Source of the DNA: Macrostomum lignano
Lineage: Eukaryota
NCBI GenBank assembly: GCA_002269645.1
Contig: NIVC01003490.1
Location: 1 to 64,000 of the forward strand
Length of the DNA stretch: 64,000 nucleotides
Direction of reading: 5' to 3'
This document shows positions 26,725-47,226 of this stretch, piece by piece. The notes below the pieces were generated by a model. The model saw only the letters and a program-made list of their open reading frames with translations, did no database searches and was not told where the DNA came from. Each line of letters begins with the position of its first letter. The stretch's first letter is position 1. The translations under genes were made by a program, and so were the position numbers.

Positions 26725-27100
26725 ATTTGGGATCCGGAAATTGGGATCCCGAAATCGGGATCCAGAAATCGGGATCCAGAAATCGGAATCCAGAAATCGG
26801 GATCCAGAAATCGGGATCCGGAAATCGGGATCCAGAAATCGGGATCCAGAAATCGGGATCCAGAAATCGGGATCCAGAAATCGGGATTCGGAAATCGGGA
26901 TCCAGAAATCGGGATCCAGAAATCGGGATCCAGCAATCGGGATCCAGCAATCGGGATCCAGAAATCGGGATCCAGAAATCAAGATCCAGAAATCGGGATC
27001 CAGAAATCGGGATCCAGAAATCGGGGTCTTGAAATCGGGATCCAGCAATCGGGATCCAGAAATCGGGATCTAGAAATCGGGATTCAGAAATCGGGATCCA
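26725..27100. repeat. 14-bp tandem array (GGGATCCAGAAATC)
   Basis: About 27 copies, 3' of the lectin gene. Confidence 0.9.
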
Positions 27101-27174
27101 TAGAGAGAGCGGGACCAAGTTAAAAGTTTGTATTGACGCTCAGTTCTTTCAGCCCCCAAGTGCAGCAGCCATTC

Positions 27175-29936
27175 TCAGACGAGCTCGCAGATGACGGCCT
27201 CCACAGGGGTGGCGCAGTCCACAGATCGCATGCTGTACGGCGGGGTCCTGTCCACCGTGACGCAGTGCACGCTGGTGTTGGCGGCCGAGGCCCAGACGTA
27301 CTGGCTGGGGGTCAGGCTGCCCTCGCCGCTGACCCACTGGTACTTGGAGTCGCTGGTGTTGTAGCGAGCACCGATTAGGTAGACGGAGAAGTCTGAAAGT
27401 TCGAGTATTTGGATCGGGATCAGGATCGGGATCAGGATCGGGATCAGGATCGGGATCAGGATCGGGATCAGGATCGGGATCAGGATCGGGATCAGGATCG
27501 GGATCAGGATCGGGATCAGGATCGGGATCAGGATCGGGATCAGGATCGGGATCAGGATCGGGATCAGGATCGGGATCAGGATCGGGATCAGGATCGGGAT
27601 CAGGATCGGGATCAGGATCGGGATCAGGATCGGGATCAGGATCGGGATCAGGATCGGGATCAGGATCGGGATCAGGATCGGGATCAGGATCGGGATCAGG
27701 ATCGGGATCAGGATCGGGATCAGGATCGGGATCAGGATCGGGATCAGGATCGGGATCAGGATCGGGATCAGGATCGGGATCAGGATCGGGATCAGGATCG
27801 GGATCAGGATCGGGATCAGGATCGGGATCAGGATCGGGATCAGGATCGGGATCAGGATCGGGATCAGGATCGGGATCAGGATCGGGATCAGGATCGGGAT
27901 CAGGATCGGGATCAGGATCGGGATCAGGATCGGGATCAGGATCGGGATCAGGATCGGGATCAGGATCGGGATCAGGATCGGGATCAGGATCGGGATCAGG
28001 ATCGGGATCAGGATCGGGATCAGGATCGGGATCAGGATCGGGATCAGGATCGGGATCAGGATCGGGATCAGGATCGGGATCAGGATCGGGATCAGGATCG
28101 GGATCAGGATCGGGATCAGGATCGGGATCAGGATCGGGATCAGGATCGGGATCAGGATCGGGATCAGGATCGGGATCAGGATCGGGATCAGGATCGGGAT
28201 CAGGATCGGGATCAGGATCGGGATCAGGATCGGGATCAGGATCGGGATCAGGATCGGGATCAGGATCGGGATCAGGATCGGGATCAGGATCGGGATCAGG
28301 ATCGGGATCAGGATCGGGATCAGGATCGGGATCAGGATCGGGATCAGGATGCACCCACCAGTATAAGACTTGAACAGGTCCGCAGTGATGTTGAACTCGT
28401 TAGGCATGGAGGAGCCGCCCATGCGGTTATCGTAGGACACCAGATCCGCGTAGCCCATCGACTGGCACTGCGTGCGGCCGCTGTCGAAAGTCCGCCCGCC
28501 GCCGCCCCAGAAAGCCAAATAGGGTGCCTTTGGAGCCGTTGTTGGTGCTGGCGTTGCGGCGCCGGTTGTAGCGCCGACAGTTGTGGCGCCGACGGTTGTG
28601 GCGCCAGCGCCAGCTACGGTTGTTGTTGATGCGGCGGAATCTGCAGTCTGCCTTACGAACAGCGTCTGCAGTGATGCGGGCGGCGGATAAATAATTTGAG
28701 AGCGCACCTTTTTTCTTCTTTAATTGACTATTAGGTCTTGAAAATTTAAAGTGCTTAGAGATAAACTATTTGATTATATCATCCCTTCTATAGATTAGAT
28801 TATCCCCGATAGTTTTGAAGTATTCTCCTAATTTAAAGTATATTTTGGGATCATTTAACTATACGAGATTTGATAGTCCCTCCAGCTCACCTGTCCCTCC
28901 AGCTCACCCGTCCCTCCAGCTCACCTGTCCCTCCAGCTCACCTGTCCCTCCAGCTCACCTGTCCCTCCAGCTCACCTGTCCCTCCAGCTCACCTGTCCCT
29001 CCAGCTCACCTGTCCCTCCAGCTCACCTGTCCCTCCAGCTCACCTGTCCCTCCAGCTCACCTGTCCCTCCAGCTCACCTGTCCCTCCAGCTCACCTGTCC
29101 CTCCAGCTCACCTGTCCCTCCAGCTCACCTGTCCCTCCAGCTCACCTGTCCCTCCAGCTCACCTGTCCCTCCAGCTCACCTGTCCCTCCAGCTCACCTGT
29201 CCCTCCAGCTCACCTGTCCCTCCAGCTCACCTGTCCCTCCAGCTCACCTGTCCCTCCAGCTCACCTGTCCCTCCAGCTCACCTGTCCCTCCAGCTCACCT
29301 GTCCCTCCAGCTCACCTGTCCCTCCAGCTCACCTGTCCCTCCAGCTCACCTGTCCCTCCAGCTCACCTGTCCCTCCAGCTCACCTGTCCCTCCAGCTCAC
29401 CTGTCCCTCCAGCTCACCTGTCCCTCCAGCTCACCTGTCCCTCCAGCTCACCTGTCCCTCCAGCTCACCTGTCCCTCCAGCTCACCTGTCCCTCCAGCTC
29501 ACCTGTCCCTCCAGCTCACCTGTCCCTCCAGCTCACCTGTCCCTCCAGCTCACCTGTCCCTCCAGCTCACCTGTCCCTCCAGCTCACCTGTCCCTCCAGC
29601 TCATTTGTCCCTCCAGCTCACCTGTCCAAGCCATCCGCCGCTCCCGGCAGTCCAATTCAGCCGATAGCCGATGCCGCAGGCTCCATCAGCTGCGGAGAAG
29701 GCGAAGGCGGCGCAGTCGCTGGCATCGGCAGCAGAGGAGGCGGTCAGGCAGCGGGCTCCGCACTCCAGGCGGGTGGCAGCCGGAGTTCGAGTCGGCGGAT
29801 CGGCAAAGACGGCCAGTTCGTCGGCGTGGTAGACAAAACTGCCGCTTGGCACAGCGGCATCGGCAGCGGGGAACAAGAAAAAGCAGACTGAGCAGCCGCT
29901 CAGAAGCAGAAGAGAGAGTCTAACAGGGTGAAACAT
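27175..29936 (-). CDS. Secreted PAN/Apple-like + Thr/Ala-rich linker + C-type lectin-like protein (~279 aa)
   Basis: Exons 29936-29622, 28665-28359 and 27392-27175 (sum 840 nt, phases 0 and 1). Signal-like N-terminus MFHPVRLSLLLLSGCSVCFFLFPAADA; LECGARC...CAAFAFS...C (PAN-like); TTVGATT linker; C-terminal ...QCQSMG..LVS...YLIG...YQWVSG...W...HCV...DC...VICE (CTLD pattern). An alternative exon-2 acceptor at 28708 is purine-rich and less likely. Confidence 0.78.
27411..28350. repeat. Perfect 12-bp array (GGATCGGGATCA) filling lectin intron 2
   Basis: About 78 copies, no variants seen. Confidence 0.97.
28875..29627. repeat. 17-bp array (sense CAGGTGAGCTGGAGGGA) in lectin intron 1, containing the splice donor
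   Basis: About 44 copies. Confidence 0.97.
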
Positions 29937-30404
29937 GCTTTGCTTGGTTGTGCTGCTTCTTCTAATCTAGAAGAAAAACACACGAGCTGGCTTACAGAGA
30001 AGCTAGGAAGGCCTCAGTTTTATACAGCTAGTGAGGAGAGACGGGAGCGTGCCATTGAATGATAATCCGTTGCCATGGAGACCGACTCCGTCCCACCGCC
30101 CTGGATCCCATTGATCAGCGAATGCAAAGCGTGCGACTCGCTGCCACCTGCGCTTGACTGGCAAATATTTTCCACTTCGGTGAAACTCTTCCATGCCTTG
30201 AAGACGGCGACGGGCTGACATCCAATTATTATTCCTGTGCAGGCTCCCGTGTTTGTTGTCGACTTGTGGAGCGAGCAAACAGTGAAGAGAGAGAGAGAGA
30301 TAATGAAAAGTCAACCCAATTAACTGGGTATTTCAGCGCGAGTTCTGCATTCTCAGAACTTTCTAATGATCATGAGCTTGGCTGCTTGGTGGCGAGGTTG
30401 TGGC

Positions 30405-30570
30405 CATTACTGAGCAGTTGATCAACGGTAAAAGCGTCTGACTCTCGCGCCGCGACCCCTGGTTCGATTCCGTGAGCGGTCCCGCATTCATTTGGGGCTT
30501 TTGTGCACGAAAATTGGCTTAGGGGGTTGTCGTGTGTTTCACGCCCATGAGGATCAAAACCCAAAACACC
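30405..30570 (+). mobile_element. tRNA(Glu-like)-derived SINE, degenerate
   Basis: CTCTCGCGCCGCGACCCCTGGTTCGATTCC resembles the tRNA-Glu anticodon-to-T-arm region. The body CATTCATTTGGGGCT...GGCTTAG is shared with the 43976 element. No intact cloverleaf. Confidence 0.5.
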
Positions 30571-30577
30571 CAAAACG

Positions 30578-31050
30578 TTCTCTCCTCTCCTCTCCTCTCC
30601 TCTCCTCTCCTCTCTCCTCTCTCTTCTCTCCTGTTCTTTCCTGTCTCTTCTCTTTTCTCTCCTCTCCTCTCCTCTCCTCTCTCTTCTCTCTTCTCTCCTG
30701 TTCTTTCCTGTCTCTTCTCTTTTCTCTCCTCTCCTCTCCTCTCTCCTGTTCTCTCCTCCCTCTTCTCTTCTCTTTTCTCTCCTCTCCTCTCCTCTCCTCT
30801 CTCTTCTCTCCTGTTCTTTCCTGTCTCTTCTCTTTTCTCTCCTCTCCTCTCCTCTCCTCTCTCCTCTCTCTTCTCTCCTGTTCTTTCCTGTCTCTTCTCT
30901 TTTCTCTCCTCTCCTCTCCTCTCCTCTCTCCTCTCTCTTCTCTCCTGTTCTTTCCTGTCTCTTCTCTTTTCTCTCCTCTCCTGCTCCTCTTTCCTCTCTC
31001 CTCTCTCTTCTCTCCTGTTCTTTCCTGTCTCTTCTCTTTTCTCTCCTCTC
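30578..31050. repeat. CT-rich low-complexity array
   Basis: (CTCCT)n interleaved with GTTCTTTCCTGTCTCTTC blocks. Confidence 0.85.
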
Positions 31051-31372
31051 ATCTTCTCTCGGTTTCCTTTCCTATATTATCTCTCCTCTATTCTCATTTA
31101 TTCCATTACCTCTCTTTTCTCTTTTCCCTCCCTTGGCCTGCAGTCATACACTTGGTTGTCTATCTGGCCCTTAAGGTAAAAAAGGTTGCCGATACCTGAT
31201 ATATACGCTCGTACAAAGTATTTTTAAAGCAATATTTAGGAACAAATCAAACGCAAAGATCCATAGATTACATTGAATAAAATAAGCAAAATGTACTTTA
31301 TTAATCAAAGTGATTTTTTTATCTGTAGCAATTAGCGAGTGTCGCAGAAAAGTTTCCAAAATTTTCCACTTT

Positions 31373-41440
<10,068 letters not shown>

Positions 41441-43629
41441 CTTCTTTTTATGGTCGGCATGAATTTTGTTTGATTTTTAGGTATTTACCACTTGCTACTC
41501 CAAAAAATTATTAAGTAGTAACGTGGGTATCGATGCAATAAGAGAAGTTCATAGTTTTTGGGCCAACCAAGACTTAATATTAGCCCTACCCCTGACTACT
41601 CTGGAAAAGTCCTTAACGGAGTGATATTATCAAGCAGTCCTTTAAAATACGGTTGAAAGCCATGGAATGATCAAGTTATTAAGTAAGTTTAGCTCGAAGA
41701 GGGCTTTCAGTTGCATGGATAATCCAGCCTGACTGATATAAAACAAATTCTTTCTACTCTCGCTCATGGCTTCCTATCTAAAATATGAATGAAGAATGTG
41801 ATAAGAATTTAGTTACAGGCTTCAAACGCATTATTTTAAGTGCAATCTAGCTAGCCCAACTGCATCTGCATACAGAAAAGAAAAGTTGGACAAGATTTAG
41901 CTTGTTGAGACAAATGAACATTTTGTTCCTTTGGTGTCAAAAATATTTTAAATACACACATACATATGCTGTTCATTAAAAACTAAGCTACAATAGAAAG
42001 TATACGTAGAAGGATTTAAAAATCATCAGGCAGTAAATCTGTATATGGGTGGGACTTGGGTAAAGAGTTCGAAGCTACAACTTTCATGAAAATATAACAT
42101 CCTGACATTCCTCAACTGAGAAGTGAGAGTCTACAATATGCTGAAACTTAAACCCGTAATGGACCCAATTTGAAATGAAATGCTTCCTTTTTAAAATATA
42201 TATAATTAATAAATTCTTCAATAAGGCAATAAAGCAAGACATAAAATGGATAATTCTTCTTAAGTAGAGTTGAGAATTAAAATTTTATAAATAAGCGAGT
42301 TAAATTATCGCAATAATTCTTTCATAGAGACCACTTTTTTAGATTTTTGAAGACTTAAACTTGTAGTTACAGTTAAAATAGTGTATTTTTTACTTTTTTA
42401 TATAAAACAAACCAAATAAAGCATAAAGCAGAAAAAAATTGTTTAACATTTATGTTTAAAAAATGAAACTATAGAGTGTGTGGAACCTGTCGTATTTATT
42501 ATTTTTATTTTGTAATGGAATGCATTATTGTGCTTGCAGTTACCTCATTATTAGCGCAATGAGATACGATCAAAAAATGTGAGGTAAATTATTATGACAA
42601 GAGAGTATGCCAAATACCAATTTTAACAGAAAGAGAAGGTCCTTACTTCAGGTCTAGGAATCAAAATCCAAATTTTCACAAAAGTAAGACCTGACCTCGT
42701 GACCTGACGTTAGATGTTAGCCAGTAAAGCGGGGGATTCAGGCCCTTGACTTAATATAAAATTTAAATTAAATTTTATTTTAGGTACAAACATGTTTTTC
42801 AAAAAGTAGAACTTTAAGTTTAACCTTTATTGATACTTCTAGTTCTAGGGTCTAGACCTAATAATATGCTTCTTGCCTTCTTATTGCTCAATTTTTATTG
42901 TTTCTAAACTTTTTTTGATTCCTAAAATTAAAAAGATTCAATTTACAACCGACTTTATTTCTTAAAATTGTTATTAGCTTCTTTCTGTCTTTTTTATCCT
43001 TTCAAATTATTTCTAGGCCTATTCTAGCTAGCTAGCCTAGCTTAACACAAGGTGCCCGCACCCTCATTTATCTCCTTTATCTCCTTTATTCTCCTTTATT
43101 TGGCAAACCCCTCTTTTATCTCTTTTATAGGCCCCCTATCTTTTATTTGGAAGATTTTTTGGACTTTCTCCTTTATTTAGCCACTTTAGCTCTTAGGATT
43201 TTTAGCACACAATACATAATATTAATATATTATTAGTTTAGGGTCCTTTTAAATTCATTTAAAAAATTCCATTCTATTGATTTGTATTATTTTCCTAGAC
43301 AAAGTTATATATAAGAATAATTTGTAAGTTTCAACAAAATTGTTTGTATATATGATTAGGCTTAGGCCTAGTTACTAATTGAACAAACTTTAAAGTATCA
43401 ACCATAGGTTAGCCACAATATCAAATATGTGGAACTGTGAAATTGAAGATATATAAGTTCTTCTCAGGGCTACAAATTGACTAGAAGAATGATGTGATCA
43501 AAGCAATTAGCAAATGGGCCACAAAATGAAACAATCATAAGAATACTATTTCTTACAAACTGGCTTTCAAAGCAAGGATAGGCAGACTTAGATAAATAAT
43601 CTAGCTAATGGTTGCAGGGATAGATAAGT

Positions 43630-44600
43630 GAAAAAAAGAATGAATAGACAATAAGAAAAAAGGAGAGGTAAGAGAAAGAAGAGAAAAGATAAATGGAGAT
43701 AGGAGGATAAAAAGAAAGAGGGTAGAGAAGAGGGGAATGAGAAGAGAAAGAGAAGTAAGAGGACTATAAAGGGGAAAAAGGAGATAAAAGAGACAAGAAG
43801 AGAGAGGAAAGAGAGGAGAGAGATAAGATAAGAGAAAGAGAAAAGATAAGAAAAAAGAGAGTAAAGAGGAGAAAGAAAAGATTAAAGAAAAAAATAGATC
43901 AAAGAGGAGATATTAAAAAAAGAGATAATAAGGAAAAGAGTTCAGAGAAGAAAGAGGAAGAAAAGAGAAGAAAAGGGCCATAGCCCAGTGGTAGTGTAGC
44001 TGCTCTGGTATGCCAGTGACCCAGGCTCGATTCCAAGTGCAGTCACATTAATTTGGGGCTGAATTAGAATCTCGGCTTAGCTCTGCTCGTGCAATTAATG
44101 GCCTTGAGAGCCAACCCCCCCCCCTACCCCAAGGTGCAATGAAGTGTATATGCCTAACAATAATATAAAGTTATTAGTTATAAAGTCCTATGTGAGTGTG
44201 TGCCTGCATATATATCCGCATGCTTGTATGCCTGCTCAGGGGAGTCAGCAGAATGGGTAGTAATGCCTCTTGCCAGTTGTGTGCCTATGTTGCTTAAATT
44301 GTGCCAGGGTGCATATAACCTTCCTGCCTCTAATAAAAAAAGAACAGAGGGGATAGCAAAGGAAAGAAAAGAGAAAAAGGGAGAGATAAGAGGAAAGATG
44401 AGAGCTAAGAGGAGAGAAAAAAGATAAGAGAGCAAAGAGTAAAGATGAGATAGCAGAGGGGGGAGAGAGAAAAGAGTAGAGAAAAAAAGTGGAGATGAGC
44501 AAGATAAGAGAAAAGAGAGTAAAGAGTATAGGAAAAAGGGAAGAAAAGAGAAGAGATGAAAGGAGAGAAAGAGAAGAGAAGAGATAGAAGATGAGATAGA
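43630..44600. repeat. Two GA-rich low-complexity tracts flanking a SINE
   Basis: 43630-43975 and 44340-44600 are almost purely A/G. Confidence 0.75.
43976..44130 (+). mobile_element. tRNA-derived SINE related to the 30405 copy
   Basis: A-box TAGCCCAGTGG, B-box-like GGCTCGATTCC, body CATTAATTTGGGGCT...GGCTTAG. Confidence 0.5.
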
Positions 44601-45643
44601 AGTTTTAAAGGACCCAAGGGACATAGAGAAATGTAGAGGCAAGAGGCCAAAGTTTGCCTATGTATAGGCCTTAGACAGATATTGCTTGTCATTCCATGGC
44701 AACATCAACCAAGATGATCAATACACCTCAAATCTTAATTTACCACAAATTTACTCCAATTTTTATTTACCTCTATTCTAACTATTAACAGGATTTTGTT
44801 GGAGTATGACTTCAGATTTAAAATTATTTTTCCAGGGATTGGAACTCAGTAGGTTCAAAATCTGTAGGTTAGAGTAGTTTAAAGTTTAGATGTAACAAAT
44901 GAGTGATGTATGTTTAGGTCCATGTTGTTACCTGCAGATTTACCAAATTACCAAATTAAATCTCCTTTATTTTGGCATTAGTCAAATAGTCTCCTTTATT
45001 TTACTTTTTCAAAATGTGCAAGCACCCTGTAATAATAACATATTATCTTTAAATAAAAATCTTGATTGGCTAAATTCCAACTACAATTATATTATCTTCT
45101 GTTGAATTTCTTATTAAATTAATCAGTAGCTAGGCATAGTTAAAGAGAGTTGGTCATTATGAAGTAAATTATATACTATAATATATAATTATTCTTTTGG
45201 ATTTAAGAATGAAGCCTTTTTAATTGGTTTATATATTTTGAAATTTTCATAGGCTATGCATATACTGCTAGCTGACTAGGCTAGGCCTATAAAATTAAAG
45301 TTATGTTTTTTGTCTTGAATAAAATAGTCCTAACTATATTGTAAGAAACAAAGAATATTCTAGGCCTTATAATATTATATTAATATAGCCTATAAGCTAT
45401 TATAGAAAATTCTTATTAAATAATTGATTCAAGCCTATTTTTAACCAAGAGTTATTATTGAAGATAAACAAGGAAAAAATGAAGAGAAAAATAATTCAAA
45501 GAAACAAACATGAAATGGACAAACCAAAACATGGCACAAATGCATAAAAAATTGAGTATATAGTTATACAATTAAGTCACTTTTGAAGTATTTGGGTTTT
45601 GGTGGTTTCTAGTTTGTCTCGGGTGGCCTAGCCGTAGGTCTTG

Positions 45644-45663
45644 GAATCCCACCGCTGCCACCA
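45644..45663 (-). other. Primer-binding site complementary to the 3' end of tRNA-Leu
   Basis: Minus-strand TGGTGGCAGCGGTGGGATTC is the reverse complement of GAATCCCACCGCTGCCA-CCA, the 3' end of metazoan tRNA-Leu(AAG/TAG) as recalled. It includes CCA and lies 1 nt after the LTR-terminal CA. Confidence 0.8.
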
Positions 45664-45664
45664 A

Positions 45665-46689
45665 TGAAGTATTTGTCTATTTCGCTTCCCACTCAGGCAC
45701 TAGAGCTGCCAACCTTGGGCTCTTGGTAGACTCTCCCAGGAAGCCTCCTAGCAGTTCTTAGTAGCGTTGGTAGTGCTGCCACCAGCTCGCTCGGATCTTG
45801 TCCTTCGGTGAGGGAGACTCCAGGCCAAGCAAAATAAACAAGACACGAGAACTCAGCATGCCGTGCAGATTTGACAGTTCGTACCAGTGCACACCTCGTC
45901 AGCGATCCTGCCGGGCTCAAGTGCGGGGACAAGAAGCTGCGCTAGTTTTTGTTAGTTCTGTCGGGAGTTTCGCACTCATTCACAGGCACACAGTCGAAGA
46001 TAGATCAGAAGTCAAGTAAGTTGGCGGAGGCCTAGCGCAAGCTGCGCTGGACTTTCAAGAGAGCAGTTATCAGAGCGCTAGCAGAGAGAAGGATTAACAG
46101 TAGGGTTGACAGAAAGGTTGCCAAACAGAGGCACAAGAGGCCCATACTTATAGGATAGCAGGTCGATTTCACCATACAGTGAAAGCCTCCCCATTGCGCC
46201 AGAGTACGCAAGGCTGCTCTCACTGCCCCCCAATCTGGTGTGATTCAGTTCTATTTTTAGAAACAGGCGCGGAACCCTCAATTTGAGAGGCAAGGACGCC
46301 ATTCCTAATTTAGAGCCTGACACCCAAGATTGCACAAGGGAGCGCAAAAGGACAGCACCTGAGGCATGTGATCCACTTCTGTATGGCCAGACAGAGAGAG
46401 TACAGCCAGAACTGGCTGGACTCGAGCCAAGAGAACGCAGCCACACAAAAAGGGGGGATGGAGACAGACAAAGAATGAAACAAGGACAGGCTGAGCGGAG
46501 AAGCTCAGACACAGGGAATGCAAATGAACCGGAAAAGGGGGGAACAAGGGGGAATGCAGGCAGACAAAAGGACAATAGGGAAGAAGAGGGAAAGAGAGAG
46601 AGGGAGAGGGAGAGAGGGAGAGCTGAGGCCAGCGGCAGCCAGCAGCTCAGAAGGGCGCAGGGCACAGCTGACAAAGGGGGCACCTAACA
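45665..46689 (-). mobile_element. LTR (~1025 bp, TG...CA) of an LTR retrotransposon, followed by a PBS; internal region absent or truncated
   Basis: On the minus strand the segment ends ...TACTTCA, then 1 nt, then the PBS. The 5' boundary TGTTAGG at 46689 is inferred from the TG start and the change in composition. No second LTR or gag/pol ORF was seen. Confidence 0.65.
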
Positions 46690-47226
46690 CTAAACTAGTG
46701 CTCACTTCACTTTGGTCAAAACCAAGTCATATGGCTAGTGGAATTTCTAACATTGTATCTATATACTTAAAATAGAATTCAAAGTCTAGCATTCTCTATT
46801 TTAAATTATGCTTGATTAGCAACTAGTCTTAAACCACCAAGGTCCAAAGTCACTGCAATTTAATAGCTTTTTTCATTTAAATTTAAAATTTACTTCGACT
46901 TTTAATTTCAAATAGAAAAATATATATTTAAAACCAAAATATATTATATAGATAGAACCAAAAGTTTAAAGTTCTGTTTGTGGCATAGTGGGATTCAATT
47001 TTGAACTATTATATAAAGAAATCAAAATAATTCAATAAATGCTGCATGATCCAAGTCTATAAAACAGAAACTTTAGTCAAAATCTTCTACTATTATGTAT
47101 CATTTCCTATATTTAAGACAAAAATATATTTGACTTCTGAATTTGCCTAGGTTTTGATGCTTATAAAAATTTTGTTTTTGCACCTTTAGCTTGTAAAATG
47201 GTACTCAACTATTAATTTAAAAAACC

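Noticed and set aside
27149-28629. DP-, ILIP- and DRDQ-repeat ORFs
   Set aside because: The 12-bp array lies between a GT donor (28358) and AG acceptor (27393); splicing it out restores a contiguous lectin domain.
28815-29891. Plus-strand CPSSSPVPPAHLSLQLT ORFs
   Set aside because: Antisense reading of the 17-bp donor array and lectin exon 1.
30405-30490. Functional tRNA genes at 30405, 43976 and 50241
   Set aside because: Acceptor stems do not pair and the sequences run into SINE bodies.
45623-45663. tRNA-Leu gene
   Set aside because: Only D-arm-like and 3' pieces are present, with encoded CCA and no anticodon arm; better explained as a PBS.
46078-46775. Overlapping ORFs of 80-200 aa
   Set aside because: Fall within the CT/GA-rich part of the LTR; no gag or pol motifs.
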